Shown: positions 25,263 through 39,427 of the stretch, in pieces | Numbering within the stretch: position 1 is the first letter of the stretch | How the letters are laid out: every line of letters starts with the position of its first letter | From: Podarcis gaigeae | Taxonomy: Eukaryota | Strand: one strand, 5' to 3' | Assembly (NCBI GenBank): GCA_964106915.2 | Contig: OZ066923.1 | Length of the DNA: 64,000 nucleotides | Position numbers and translations under genes: made by a program | The notes under the pieces: generated by a model | Database searches by the model: none | Told to the model about the DNA's origin: nothing | What the model saw: the letters and a program-made list of their open reading frames with translations, nothing else

Positions 25263-25869
25263 CTGTAGACAAGCAAGAGAAAAGGAATGTTTGGCAAATA
25301 GAAGGCTCTTAAACGCTTTTTAGTTGTTTCAAACAGAGTTTCAAGTGTCCCAGTTGGCAGTACAATCTAGCATTAACCAGCGCTTTCAGAGAACATTAAC
25401 CAACAGGCAGAAAACAGCTGCTTATGAGAACTGACAATATGGTATTATAAAGCCTCTTCCTTTTTGGGATAGGTGAACTGCACTCACACTTGTCGTACAA
25501 AATAAACCTGAATCATCCCTGTTCATCTACCATGCATCAAAATCCATGGCAAAAGAAGCGTCTGGTCACATGACAGCAGCAGTCAAGAATCAATTCCACA
25601 GCAGCGTTCCTAGAATAGGAACTTTGGGGGGGGGGGGTAAGGTTCTTTTTCGGTTTCAATTCCACAGCACTATTATTCAAATAGGAACTTTTAGGGTTCT
25701 TAAAATCTAGGTCTGTTAAACTTGAGTTCTGCAATTACTGCCAGTGCTAGCTGTGGGAGAGAACTGTGAGTACGTACGTACATTACTATTCAGCCAATGG
25801 CTTGGTTCACACACCACATTAAACCATAGCTTAAAATAAACTATGGTTTAACTCACAATACTGCTTTTC

Positions 25870-27782
25870 CAGGGGCGCCGACTTATAAAAAATATTGGGG
25901 GGGCCCATACCGGGGTCCTGCCCCGGGACGTTTTCTAAATTTTAGATGAAAATTAGTGAGTTTTAAAGTTTTTTTAAAGTATTTTAGAGTCATATGATCA
26001 ACATTAGAACCCCGAAAACTCGACTCTCTATAACTCCACACTCCGGGAAACTCGACAAGCCTGAAACACTTTTTGGCTTTGAAAAAAGAAACAAAACATA
26101 AACAAGCACGGTATTTTCGTAAAAAGCTAATTTAATTTACAGTAACAATTATGCTTATAGACTATTACAGAGCAGTGAATATATAGCTCTGAAAAGACTG
26201 AAATGATATTTAAATAAATCCTAAACTATCATTAAAAGAATAAAACATAAAATATTGCTGTCGCACAGTAATAGCACTTTGATTAATAAGTGAAATAGCT
26301 AATTTAAGCTTACTTTGAATAAGGCTGAGGGTTCATTAAATAAAAATAATATCTCAAAGTTAATGCTTTAATACAGTTAATAAAGTTAATACAGTATGCC
26401 TAATACTGTATGTAAATACTGTAATACTGTATGTAAATAACGGGCTTTAATTGGGTCTTACACCCTAAAAATATTTAAGTATTTGAAAATAACTAATACA
26501 GTACTATAGTAATATAGAAATACAGTACTAAACTAGTACTAATATTTCAAAACTGAAAAATTAACATTCTGTATGTATTTAATTCTCTATTTTATAAAGA
26601 TTTTTAATATCTGACAGTGAGTTTGGAGTAGCCCAATGCAAAAATCCTGAGGATCCATGTGGATCCGTGCTTTGTAACCATGTTTTTGCACCACTGTGAC
26701 CCTAGGCAACAGTGGGTGCGTGATTTTTTTGGTGCAAGATGTAGCCATGGACATGCTATGTGATCTGATGGTGAATCTGGGGTGACCCAATGCAAAAATC
26801 CTGAGGATCCATGTGGATCCGTGCTTTGTAACCACGTTTTTGCACCATTGTGGCCCCAGGCCACAGTGGGTGCGTGATTTTTTTAGTGCAGGCTGTAGCC
26901 ATGGACATGCTATGTTATCTGATGGTGAATTTGGGGTGACCCAGTGCAAAGATCCTGTGGATCCATGCTTTGTAACCACGTTTTTGCACCATTGCAGCCC
27001 CAGGCAACAGTGGGTGCGTGATTTTTTTGGTACGGACTGTAGCCATGGACATGTAATGTGATCTGATGGTGAATTTGGAGTGACCCAATGCAAAAATCCT
27101 GAGGATCCATGTGGATCCGTGCTTTGTCACCACGTTTTAAATGGGGAGGGAAGGAAAAACACAGAAGGAACAAGAAGCACAAGAGGGGTGTGTGGAGAAG
27201 CAGCTGGCTAAGAATGCAGGGGAGGAGTTTAACGGGGTGGGGGGAGGAAAGGAAGGCAAAAGTCCCCCCCCAAGCCAGCCCTCTCTCTCTCTCTCCCACC
27301 TGCGAGTCCCTAGAGCACGGAGAGGAGGAGGTGGTGGGCTGGAGCCTGCAGGCAGTGTGACTAGGAAAGAGTTAGAAGGAAGGACTCGATCCTTTCCTTA
27401 ACCCTCTGCTTGCCAGGAGGGCAGGGGATTCCCTGCTCTTTGTTGAGTTTGAGCAACAGAAGCGGGTGGGCAGTAAGACCCTGAGGCAGAATGCAGGAAA
27501 GCAGCAGCTTCCGCCTTCCCTCCGCCCGACCGCCCGATCTTATTTTTGCCTGATTTTTGCCTATTTTTGCCCCTGCGCTCCGGCGAGTCAGCTCCAGGGA
27601 CCACACATTCGCTCAATAACACGCACAGACATTTCCCCTTACTTTTTAGGAGAAAAAATCTGCGTGTTATAGAGCGAAATTTACGGTAATAATTTTCTTA
27701 AATTATTGGGGGGGCAGAGCCCCCCAAACGAATTTTTGAGGGGGCTCGGGCCCCCTCAGGCCCCATGGAGTCGGCGCCTATG
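25870..27782 (+). mobile_element. Non-autonomous hAT element, copy 1 (1913 bp)
   Basis: TIR caggggcgccgact / agtcggcgcctatg; perfect 8-bp TSD tgcttttc; no transposase ORF. Confidence 0.93.
26631..27137. repeat. Internal tandem array, about 154-bp unit, about 3.3 units
   Basis: ggatccatgtggatcc recurs at 26651, 26805, about 26955 (10-bp deletion) and 27103. Confidence 0.92.
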
Positions 27783-27914
27783 TGCTTTTCTCCTATCCTA
27801 CTCCTGGCTGCTGTGCTGGGAAGGAAAGAAGCCAGAGCAATGTGTGAACCAAGGCTTCTCTCCAAACAAACCATGTCACAGTGGCCAGTCAGATGCCTAT
27901 GGGAAAGCGCAATA

Positions 27915-28805
27915 ATATATAATATAATAATAAAAAAATTTTATACCCCGCCCTCCCCGGCCAAGACCAGGCTCAGGGTGGCTAACACCAAATATAAATA
28001 TAGTAAAAACTTTTTTAAAAACCAAGAAACCCCCCAACAAACAGTTGATTAAAATATAAGTTAGAATATAGTTTAAAATGCAGCTTAAAATGCAGCCTCG
28101 TTTTAGTGGAAGGCTATAGCTCAAAGCCAGAAGGGGAGAAAACATCAAATATTCACTGGGGCCAACTATCCATGCTGGACCTACATGGGCCAGCAAAAAG
28201 AGCCAAGGGAAAATTCATATATAAAATCCCATATAAGGGGTTCTATCAAAAAAATAAATGGGGGGGTTAGAATGAGTCCAGCCCAAAGGCCAGGCAGAAC
28301 AGCTCCATCTTGCAGGCCCTGTAGAAAGATGTCAAATCCCACAGGGCCCTAGTCTCTTGAGACAGAGCATTCCACCAGGCTAGGGCCAGAGCTAAAAAGG
28401 CTCTGGCCCTGGTTGCGGCCAATCTAACCTCCTTGGGGCTCGGGACTTCCAAAGTGTTGTTATTTGTGGACCTTAAGGTCCTCCACGGGGCGTACCAGGA
28501 GAGGCAGTCCCGTAGATATGAGGGTCCTAAGCCACATAGGGCTTTAAAGGTCAAAACCAGCACCTTAAACCTGACCCTGTACTCCACCAGGAGCCAGTGC
28601 AGCTGGTAAAGCACTGGATGAATGTGGTCCCGCAGCAAGGAGCCTCGCCACGGTATTCTGCACTTGCTGCAGTTTCTGAGTCAGCTTCAAGGGCATCCCT
28701 GCATAGAGCAAATTACAATAATCAAGCCTGGAGGTGACCATCGCATGGATCACTGTGGCCAGACTGGGCAGAGAAAGGTAAGGGACCAACTGCAAGAGCC
28801 CTCGC
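27915..28805 (-). mobile_element. L2-clade LINE 3' fragment (second family)
   Basis: SRLDYCNLLYAGMP...LHWLLVEYRVRFKVLVLTFKAL; AT-rich tail. Confidence 0.85.
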
Positions 28806-29211
28806 TCCTCCTGTGGATTCCAGCAACTGGTATTCAGAAGTATTACTGCCTTCAACAGTTGAGGCAGAGTACAGCCATCATCACTAGTAGCCATCTTGAT
28901 AGCACCTGGGATGTGCTCATCAAGAAACAGACTCCCCAAGGCTTTGTGGCCATTTGAAACCTGCAGCATTGCTCTCCTTTGAAAACAACACAACAAAAAC
29001 TAAATATCCAATCGAAATATGGTCATTAAATCAAATATATTCAAAAAATCTATCCATGCCGTGGGGAATACACAAACTTTAAACCTGTACCAGTTTTCAG
29101 CTAGGCAAACTGGCCAAGATGCTTGCTAATGTGCAAACAGTCAGTTTAAGCAAGCAATGAATGGACTGCTTACAGGCGCAGAGTCTGCTTGGATAAATAG
29201 GATAATATATA

Positions 29212-29451
29212 CAGTGGTACCTCGGTTTATGAACTTAATCCATTCTGGAAGTCCGGTCTTAAACCGAAACCGTTCTTAAACTGAGGCGCACTTTCCCTAA
29301 TGAGGCCTCCTGCCGCCGGAGCCTTCCACCATTTGGATTCCATTCTAAGACCGAGGTAAAGTTCACAAACCGGGACACAACTTCCGGTTTTGCGGAGTTC
29401 ATTAACCGAATAGCTCGTAAACAGGGCTGTTCTTAAACCGAGATACCACTG
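29212..29451. mobile_element. Tigger/pogo-type MITE
   Basis: TA|cagtggtacctcggttta ... taaaccgagataccactg|TA. Confidence 0.88.
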
Positions 29452-30084
29452 TATGGACTTTATACAAAATGTAGTAGACTATTAACATTTGCATGAGTAT
29501 AACACTATACCAATTTATATAAAAATGTATGGGAACATCATATGTTGCATTTTTGCATATACACACAAACACACACACAAAATAATAAAAATATGTATCT
29601 TTGTTTTCTCCCCCTCACCTTTCCTTCTTTTTTCTATATCAATTTATTTCTTTTAATTGAAATCACTTCAATAAAATATAAATATTTAAAAAAAACACTC
29701 GGTTTAAACATATGGTTGCATCACTTAAATGAGATTAAAAACAGGTGCGTGCTGAATTGTTCTATAGAATTGATTAATAACATTGGAAAGGATGGTGGAT
29801 GTCAACTAGCCCAACTCCTTGTTCAATGCAGTCTCCTTAATGCAGGGTGAAACCACTGGCCCCTGCTTAAATAACTCCAGAAAAGGCATTTAAGAGGCAT
29901 AGCAATGGCCAACCTCAGATTTCATACGAGAATATTTTATTTAAAGGACGACTCACGTTGTATAGAAAAGTGTTATTTAATCAATCAGCAGTGCAAAATA
30001 TATCGACTGCAAACCATGATTAAGAATCGGTTTGGTTTAATAAGAAAACAAACAGAAAACACCACCACCAAAAACCCCACTTAC

Positions 30085-30233
30085 TTTTCCCCTGTCAAAG
30101 TTCTGGATGATAGTGAGATGAAGGTATTCTTTGCGCTGCCACTCGGTCTGCATGGGATAGTTCAGAAACTCTCTCAGTGGCCGTTCTGACCATTCCAACA
30201 GCTCGTCATACAGCAAGAGTGTGTATGCAGCCT
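30085..30233 (-). CDS. DOCK4: DOCK4 exon, 149 nt
   Basis: caacag|AG...AAA|gtaagt; EAAYTLLLYDELLEWSERPLREFLNYPMQTEWQRKEYLHLTIIQNFDRGK. Confidence 0.96.
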
Positions 30234-30979
30234 CTGTTGGGTGTTAGAAGTAAACAGGAAGAAAATTTAGTGGGTGCATATTTTCATGACAAATGGCACA
30301 GGCAAGCAGAACTGATCATTTCAGCTCTTGCCCGGAAAACAGACACACTGGAGGAAATATATATAACAGTTTCATGGGTCAGCCTGCTTAGGGCATCCAT
30401 GCCAAAGGCTGGTGGACAACAGAAGTATAAATAGAACCAAGGTGCCTGATTCACCTTTGAGGCACACAGATCAACTGGCGGGGTGTGGGTGGGTGTCCTC
30501 AAATCTGCTGCAGATTCACTAGAATAGATCTGGGTAAAGCTTTCCCTCCATCTTGCTCACTGATTGCTGGACTGAACAAGCCCACAGTTGCATTTTCTAT
30601 GCGCCACTTTCAAAGATACCAGGTGCTGTTCTGCCCACATGAAGATCTTGTGGGCTACCCTTTGCAGAGACGTTGATCTTGCAAGCTTTTAACACATTGT
30701 CCGTGTTAATCAGTAGGTTCTTCTTGATGAGAGGCCCAAACACCTGGAATGTCTGGGCAGGTAGCCAGGAGCTACCAACAGTTTGCATTTCTCAGAGAGC
30801 CCTCCAACAGCTAGGTACCCTTATCTGTGGTTGCATGTGGACTTCCCACGTGGTGTCGTTTTCTTGACAACCGTGCTGCCTTGTTATCAGAGGAGATACA
30901 AGACTGCCCTATCTTAGAACCTCCGGAGAATAATATTGATAAATTAAATGGTATCAATTAATTAACTGTTTTGTATTTA

Positions 30980-31115
30980 NNNNNNNNNNNNNNNNNNNNN
31001 NNNNNNNNNNNNNNNNNNNNNNNNNNNNNNNNNNNNNNNNNNNNNNNNNNNNNNNNNNNNNNNNNNNNNNNNNNNNNNNNNNNNNNNNNNNNNNNNNNNN
31101 NNNNNNNNNNNNNNN
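30980..31115. other. Assembly gap
   Basis: 136 N. Confidence 1.
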
Positions 31116-32169
31116 ATGCATGGGCAATGAAGAGATGACACAGTAATGTCCCATACAGCAATCTCCCATACAGTCTCTGGCATGCATACTAAAAATGAAA
31201 AAAGAAATCTGCCTCTCGTGTGCTATGATGTAACAAGCAAGTTATGCAAGAACCTTTCAGAGAACCATTTCTCTTTCATGGCAATATTCAAAAATTCAGA
31301 ATGATAACAATAGTAAATAAACTCATTCAATTTGAAAAAAAAACACATTTTACACCTTAAAAATTAGTAGTACCAATTAATCCATAGCAGATTTACCTAT
31401 AAAGCACAGGTTGAAATAAAAATGTCATGGGAGTTTGTTTTTAAACAAATCAGTAATGCTGTAGCTACATGGGTTTCCAGGGAGATAGAGTTCCACAGAT
31501 AAGAAGCCACCATAGGAAAAAAAGTAAAAAACACAACTGCCCCTGATACCCAACAGTCTGGAGTATATACTTGTATATACTCAACCTGACTCTTCAAGGG
31601 GACTGCAGGCCATACACTGATATGCAGATCAGCAGATTTCTCAACCCACCAGATTTCTCTTTTGAATATTACTCATACTAAAGAAACAACTGACAGTTAT
31701 ACAAATCCCCATACAGGAAAATAAATCCCAAGGAAACCTAACCGGAGGAAATCATGCTGTGAAAAGCAACATTCTCTTGGTAGAAGGTCAGAAAGTTTAT
31801 AAGAAATAAAGACTGCAAATCGATAAATATCAGTTCTCAGAAGGGAGCACACCAGCACACTCTAGGTTAAATGTATCAAGCCCTGCTGCTGTTTAAGCAT
31901 CAGCTGCAGACATGGTCTCTTGAAAACACATCTACGATGCTTAGCAACCCAATTTGCAATTGTCACCAAGGAGCAGCATTGGCTGCCAGCTGTTCGAGGG
32001 AAGATTTAAACTTGACATTAAAAAGGAGTGGGCTTTGCCAAGAATTATTGGCATGTAACACTAGCCAGGGGAGAGAGAAAAAAACAGATACAATCATGCA
32101 AAACTAGCAGCATCTATGGATTTCAATTACATCATTTCTCTCCAACAAAGATCACTAATAATCTTGATA

Positions 32170-32597
32170 TACTAATACTAAAACTAATAATAATAATAAT
32201 TTATTTATACCCAGCCCATCTGGCTGGGTTTCCCCACCCACCCTGGGCAGCTTCCAACCGAATATTAAAAACAATACAGCATCAAACATTTTAAATTTCC
32301 CAATACAGGGCTGCCTTCAGATGTCTTTAAAAAGTAAAATAGTTGCTTATTGCCTTGACATCTGAAGGGAGGGCGTTCCACAGGGCGGGTGCCACTACCG
32401 AGAAGGCCCTCTGTCTGGTTCCCTGTAACCTCACTTCTTGCAGTGAGGGAACTGGCAGAAGGCCCTTGGAGCTGGACCTCAGTGTCCGGGCTGGACGATG
32501 GGGGTGGAGACGCTCCTTCAGGTATACTGGACCAAGGCCGTTTAGGGCTTTAAAGGTCAGCACCAACACTCTGAATAGTGCCCGGAAATGTACTGGG
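32170..32597 (-). mobile_element. L2 3' fragment
   Basis: Near-identical to the reverse complement of 9190-9460, followed by 3' UTR and (TTA)n tail. Confidence 0.88.
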
Positions 32598-33525
32598 ATG
32601 GTACGCTTAATGGTAAAAGTAAATCACTTTGATTCCAGGGAGCACGTTCTCAATATCAAGGGATGCTGATAAACAAAGTCACTTCTGAAGTGGGATCATT
32701 TCTACTCCATTTCCATTTTTATTTTTTTTAAGCAAAGGAAGACCTGGCAGCTAAGTCTGCCAGGAAAAGATTACTCACTTTCCATATGAGGACCTGCTGC
32801 AGTACAGGTACAAGTGACTACATGTCTCACCTAACGAGAGGCTCCTATTACACAGGCCTTAATGGTCCTGTTAGCTTCTTATGTTACAGGTTGGTGCCTT
32901 AGGTGGTCAGATGCAAGATTCTCAATGCTTCACACTAGAGTTGGAAGGTGCCAAGAGTTCCCTCCCGTTTGGTCCTGAGCAAACTAAAGGTTGTTCTTAT
33001 TTAAGGCAGGCCCATCCATTGAGGAGGCCACCCTAGGCAGCTGGCTTTGGATATCATAAAAAGGCAGAGAATGGTTGAGCTATTTAATATTGTATTTTTT
33101 TACTGCCAGGGAAGGTGGAGGCGCTTGTGGAATTTCCCCCCCACAAGTTAACTGACCTTGTATACAAAGTACCTCAACTTGCATGCAGGAAGAGCAGGCA
33201 CAATTTGTTGCTCTGCCTCAAGCATAATATTTTGGGGGCTTGCTCCTGCTACTACCTCTGCAGTCAAACCATATTTTGCATCCAAACTAGGGACTGAAAT
33301 CTATAGAGCTTTGGAGATACTACCAACTTGAAGGCATATCTGAGAAGGTAAGATCAGTTCCCATGAAGGCGTCCACGACTCTGCCTTGCTATATCCAGCT
33401 TTTTCCAGAAAACACAGATGCCAGCTTGAGACACAGAAGGAATTCCTGCACCTATTTATTCCACTAATCTGCACCCATGTCTCAAAACATATACTGTTAA
33501 CAGGATTATTTGGTGAATTATTTAC

Positions 33526-33619
33526 CTGTGAAGTTTTGTGCTTTAAGGTGCAGATCATACAGTTTATGTATGTATCGAATATACATCTCCTCCTTATTCA
33601 ATTCTGTCTTGTAAAAATT
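33526..33619 (-). CDS. DOCK4: DOCK4 exon, 94 nt
   Basis: ttccag|AAT...ACAG|gtaaat; NFYKTELNKEEMYIRYIHKLYDLHLKAQNFT. Confidence 0.96.
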
Positions 33620-36600
33620 CTGGAATAAAAACACATTGCAAAGCATGATAGTTATAAAAGACAAGGTAGCAACATTATCTATGCCTTTTATCCTATCTCT
33701 GATCTTTCTCTCTCTCTTGAAAACCATTCCTTATCAGATAGCAGAAAAGCTTTGGAATCAGAAAAAAAGCATTTTTGTGAAATGTTGTGATGAATCTCAA
33801 GCAGTCATTTTAGTCTTTTAAAACAAAAAAAATGTGTTACTTAAAAAAAAGAGGAAAATGTAAAAAAAAGATGAAAATGTGTGATAGGTTATATTGGTAA
33901 CAAAATAAATTAAAACATATGAGTAAGGAGTTGGGAATGGGGTCCAATGATGCTGCAAAATGTACGGTATGTTTTCAGAAATCTGCATTGATTCTTATGG
34001 GTAATTATTTTCCACGGGTTTGTTTATCTCTGTGCACTGGGTAAAATCTAGCTTCTGTTATCCATAGTGTGGGACATCTGCTATACATATCCCTGCTGCT
34101 TTTTATTACATACAATGCCAGAATAACTGCCAATTGGTACCTCATTACACATTGATATTAGTATAATGTTGTAAATAGAGACTGAGAAAGATAAAGCTAG
34201 TTCATTTAGTCATCGCTAGTGCTCCAACCTTGAAAATGGAAAAACTTAATTATGATTCAGTGTTCCTAATCTGTGACAAAATATTTCACAGGGGGCATTA
34301 CATTTTAAACAATTATCTGTGAATTTCAAACTGATACTTGCTTTTTTCTTCTTCTACTCTTTATATTGTGTTCTTAGTCACTGTGAGAAATCAATGAAGC
34401 TAGGGTGATGGAGTTTACGTTTTAAAATAAATGTATTTGTATAGTTTTTGTATTTAACATATGTGCATACATTTTAATAATCAGATACCTCTCAAGAAAA
34501 GAGGTGTTCAGGGAAACAATATTAAAAACCTAATCTGGAGATGCAGCCATTTTGAATACAGATAGTTTAAAACGGCACCTGAGTCTCAGCTAAGTTGGAA
34601 TGTGAAATCTGTATGGGTATGGTTTGAATGAGTTTATACTACCTTTGGACACACTGAATTTTCAAGGATTAGAAAAAATAATGGTTCCTTGAGGCTGAAA
34701 GCAGCATACATAGTAGGCTCAAATCACATAGATGTCCCAAGTGGGACTTATGTATATTGGAATTTATACCTAACTGTTATATCCAGACAAGAACATTTGG
34801 AAGAAAACAAAAATAGGCAAATGTGCCTTGTCTGCGTTGTGGAAAGGAAACACTCCCACACCAGGTATATCCACTTTTTGCATAGGGATTTGTTCAAATA
34901 GGGTCTTGGGTTTCTCAGATTTTGTACATTGAGTTTGCTTTTACACAAATATTCCTCTGCAGTAGGCAAATAAACTGTACCAATATTTTAATGTGAATGT
35001 GCAGGGTGCTGGTGCCCATTGCTAAAAAAGTATAGTTCCACTTCTTCCCTGCTCCTGTCAACACAATCAGAAAACAAGCCAGAGTTTGTTTTTAGCTGTG
35101 GTCTAATGTGATGTACAAACTGGATCAAAGACTTGCATGTATAAATCAGCCTTCACAGAAAAAACAAGCATATTTTCTCAGAGATGGTATATGTTAGACA
35201 CAGCTAGTTCTAACTCTGCAAAAATCAAAGCACAGCACCTCAACTCATTTAGTCCAATCCCATTACAGAGAATGCAGTTGTTTTCTTTGTAGACAAAACA
35301 GTCAATAGCACTAGTCTGGGCAAAATCATAACATATGAAAATCCCATAGCAAACTCTTCATGGACCACCTTGCCTAGAGGAAAGGGAAGGGGGATGTAGA
35401 AATACATTCAAAGTATGGGTCTAAATGTGTTGAATAGAGTGGTCATGTGTGCTGCTAGGCCTCTATTTGAAGACTTATCTATAAATAAGCATTTGCAAAT
35501 TGCATGCAAATGTGTGTCCTCTTTTGCAATGATACATTTCCTCCTTTTTGGCAATTTGCATATGGCCATCCTAGTTATTTAAATGCTATTTGTCTCTGTA
35601 GTCATTCAAAAGACAGATTCTTTCATCCTTCCTCCCCAAACTGAATGCTTTGAAAGATCAATGACTTATCACTCCATCTGGTGATATTAACAGAAATTTC
35701 CCTTTTACATAGGATCTACGTCAGACACAAACAGCAATGCAAAGCATCGAAAGCAGCATTGGTGAGAAGAAGCTACGCAGCACCATGTTTGAGTGAAGCA
35801 GAACTGCAGAGGTCAAGGACTCTGGTGAAGTGCAATACCACAGGTGCATTCAAAATGGATTTGCTGGATTGTAAAGCCATGCCTACATGCACATCAGGGG
35901 AATCTAATCTGAGGCATGTGGAGACATTTTCGTTAAGTATTGTGAATGGTAAAGTATAGTCCACATTGATGGTTTTCGAGGCAGAGAGATGAAAAGAATA
36001 GAGCAGCCTGAGCCCATGGATAAATAAAAAAGAAACAACAACTTGCAATTAAAGTGTCACCAAGGTGACACTTTTCTTAACCTGACAAGCTCTTGCTGTT
36101 AAGAAAATGGTTAAGAGCCTATTTGGCTCTTCATATAAAAGGCAAAAGTTCGGGCTTCTCAGTAACAGTCTCCACTGAGTTCCTTTACTCCAGCTCCTGT
36201 ACTCATGGCAAAGAAATTCCTTTTGGATGAAAGATATGTATTTCTGTGGACATTAGGATGCAAATAATGACTTGGAGATTGGAAGGGGCCACCATCTATT
36301 TCTGCAATTGGTAAAGCAGCAGTGGTAGGTCTGGATTTGGAAGCTCAGACAAAAAAAAAAATCCCCACTCAGCTCCAAAGTTTACTGGTCCACCATTGGT
36401 GAAAAAATGGTTTGCAGCCCATTTTCATGGAGCTTTTGGCAGGTTGAAATGTGCACATAGTATGGGCTGATATGGTTTTGCTGACATTTGTTATATTAAC
36501 TGTGCTTAGAAAGTTGAGGCAATTTGAATCTCTTTTAGTATTTTAATTTTTGAATGTTTTGAATTTTTCTTGATTTTAATGCTTTATCTTTAAGGTGGTG

Positions 36601-37040
36601 TTTTGTTTTGTTTTTTTACAGCCAAGCAGTGTGTAAGTTTGAGGAAATAAATTAATTAATGGAGGAGCAATCACACATGTCTACTCAGAAGTAAGCCTCA
36701 TTGAGTTCGCTCAGGTAAGTGTATATGCAAGGAGAGAGAGCACCTTTCCAGGGGTGCACCCAGTATTGTGGAAGGCTTGACTTTACGAAGCACAAAGGGT
36801 CTCGTCTCTTGCTCTGTGCCGATTGGTAAAAATATTGTTACACGGGCAGGCTTTTGCCTGCTAAGTATCCGCTGTGAATGCCATTTTATTTCTGTGGTTT
36901 CTGTCTTTATTTTATTTTCAATGCATTTTAATGCCTTGAATTCAATGTACTTTATTGTGGTGTTTTTAATCCTATTTTATGGCATTATGATTTTAAATCG
37001 TTATAAGCTGCCCTGCATGGTTCCAAGGCACTAGCAAATT

Positions 37041-37383
37041 CAGTGGAGGAGCATTTCCCTGCACTGTCCAGGGCGGACACACTCCTGAGGGGGGCTGGGC
37101 ACAGAGGGTGCCCTCCCAGGCGCGGGGTAGCTGTTCGGGTGCACAGAGCGGCGCAAGTGCCCTGCAGCTAGGGGCAGAGCGAGCCGCCAATGGCGGACAT
37201 TCGGCGCACCGCCCACCCATGACTCTGAAACCTCCCCCAGCTGTCAAAATGGGGGGAAGGGGCAAATGCCGCTGGCTCGGGGTAGGCTTGGGAGTCGCAG
37301 GTGGGCGGCGCGCCAAATGTCACCCCCTCAGCAAAGACTCCCGGGTAGATCCGCCCCCACTGCACCCCCTTCCTCCGCCCCTG
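37041..37383. mobile_element. GC-rich hAT (Tip100-like) MITE
   Basis: Ends cagtggaggag / ttcctccgcccctg; 8-bp TSD agcaaatt/agcagatt. Confidence 0.75.
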
Positions 37384-37618
37384 AGCAGATTACAAGGGTC
37401 GGTAGAAATCTGCATTAAGTAGAAAAATGTTTTTATATCTGTTAGCCCCCACTATTATTGGCTGCTTTTGGTGAGACAAAAATGTTAACAGAGGAGGCAG
37501 CGATCACATCCTCTGACCTGATGCCCTCTGAGGAAGGCTAGGATGCAAATGTGCTTTATTATCATAAGCCACTCTGTGATCTTAAGGGATTAAGGGTTGG
37601 GCGAAAATCTTACAATTA

Positions 37619-37860
37619 CAGTGGTACCTCGGGTTAAGTACTTAATTCGACCCAGAGGTCTGTACTTAACCTGAAACTGTTCTTAACCTGAAGCACCACT
37701 TTAGCTAATGGGACTTCTTGCTGCTGCCGCGCCACCAGAGCACAATTTCTGTTCTCATCCTGAAGCAAAGTTCTTAACCTGAGGTAATATTTCTGGGTTA
37801 GCGGAGTCTGTAACCTGAAGCGTATGTAACCTGAAGTGTATGTAACCTGAGGTACCACTG
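37619..37860 (-). mobile_element. Tigger/pogo-type MITE
   Basis: TA|cagtggtacctc ... gaggtaccactg|TA; inverted copy at 49391. Confidence 0.9.
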
Positions 37861-38452
37861 TACATCCATCCATCCATACAAATAAAATAGTCATCGAACT
37901 AACCTTGAAATAATAACCCTAAATCATGCAGAAAATAAAAAGGGGGGATATCTCCCACTCTATCACACATTTCTCAGAGAGAAAATCACCTTTTGAAAAA
38001 TATTATTTCACCTGTAGATGGAAAAAGTTACACAATTCCCTATCAATTGTAAAAACCAGAAAGGTTTCTGTCCTGAATAAGAAGAAGCAAGGATGTTGGA
38101 AGAAGTATCCCTGCTTCCTTTCCTCACTGCCAGCGAAGTAGCATATGTGCTCAGAAGAATCCCACTTCTCTTGCTTCTTTCCCACCTGCCAGCTCATATA
38201 ATTAGAGACACCCCCCCACAACCCAAACAGGGCAGGGCGACTATATTTTAGCAGGCTTATCAATATATATTCAAATGCAACATGAATACTTCATGATTCT
38301 GTAATAGGTTTTGAATTCATTAATTATGCAGTGGAAAGCGTACTTTTAAATCCCAGTTTGGAAAGTAAGCTATTAAAAACACGCTCCTTATCTAAACATT
38401 CGGATCCTTAAAGTGACATAGTTAAGATCGCTCAAAAGACAGAGATACGCAC

Positions 38453-38513
38453 CAGCAAGCTGACCGTGCAGCCAATCTTTTTGCCATCCACTTCACCCAT
38501 TTTCATGCAGTCC
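38453..38513 (-). CDS. DOCK4: DOCK4 exon, 61 nt
   Basis: ctccag|G...CTG|gtgcgt; DCMKMGEVDGKKIGCTVSLL. Confidence 0.96.
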
Positions 38514-39427
38514 CTGGAGGGGTTAAAAAAATATTGTTTTAAAAAACAGAGCAAATCATGCGCAGAAGAATTAATTATGCATGTTAGTTAAAATGATGTA
38601 TCCCAAATAAATTCTGTTATTAACTGCCTCAAATACACTATTTGATTCAAGAATATATGTCAGCTAGTACTCTCACTATGAAGCCTAATGCAAGATAAGA
38701 TCTCTGAGGACCAAAGCATAGTTCAGGGTAAATCAACCTTAAACTGTAAATGCAATATCTGCAAAAATCCCTTGTCCGTTTCTGTCTTGATTATCTGCCC
38801 TTCATCTGTTGTATGGATCAGGAGTGGGACACTTTTTTTTCCTATCAAGAGCCAATGACCCACAGAGAACAAACAATTGCAGGTATGTGGATTAATGTGA
38901 GCCAAAGCTCTAGTATGTTCAGCCCCAGAGCCAGCAGGTATTGCTCCAAAATTGTTTTTCGATGCCAGATTTGAGCTCTAAAACACGTGAAGCAATAAAA
39001 TTCAGAGTGCCTTTGAGAGCCTCCCACTACAACCAGGTGAGACGGTAATCTAAATGTGAAAAGTAAATGAGTTCAGTTATTGGCAGAATAGAGTCATTCC
39101 CTATCTGAGTCCAATGCCTCTGGCCAGCCCGGAGATTCAGGCTTCGAGCCTGAGCTGCTCCACAATCAGTGTGAGGAGATGACAAAGTGACCCAAGGCAG
39201 TGTTTGTACTCCCAGCACTTCAGGCTGCTCCTCCACAGTCAATGAATAGAGCAAAGGAATTAAAAGGATGGAGTTCTGGCAGAACTGGATGAAACAGGGG
39301 AATGCCAATTGGTTGCTGTGGAGCAGAGGTGGGGAACCTCAAGTTTGGGGCATAAATGCAGCTCTCCATGCCTCTCCTGGGATCTTTTCCAAGACACACG
39401 CTTCCCTAGCCACAATGCATCTCCACA

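Noticed and set aside
26631-27137. Regular repeats as a CRISPR-like array
   Set aside because: Whole units repeat with no unique spacers, and the context is eukaryotic.
26587-27672. Overlapping ORFs up to 168 aa, mirrored at 40748-41696
   Set aside because: They arise from the tandem array and low-complexity blocks; frames shift between units and no transposase motif is present.
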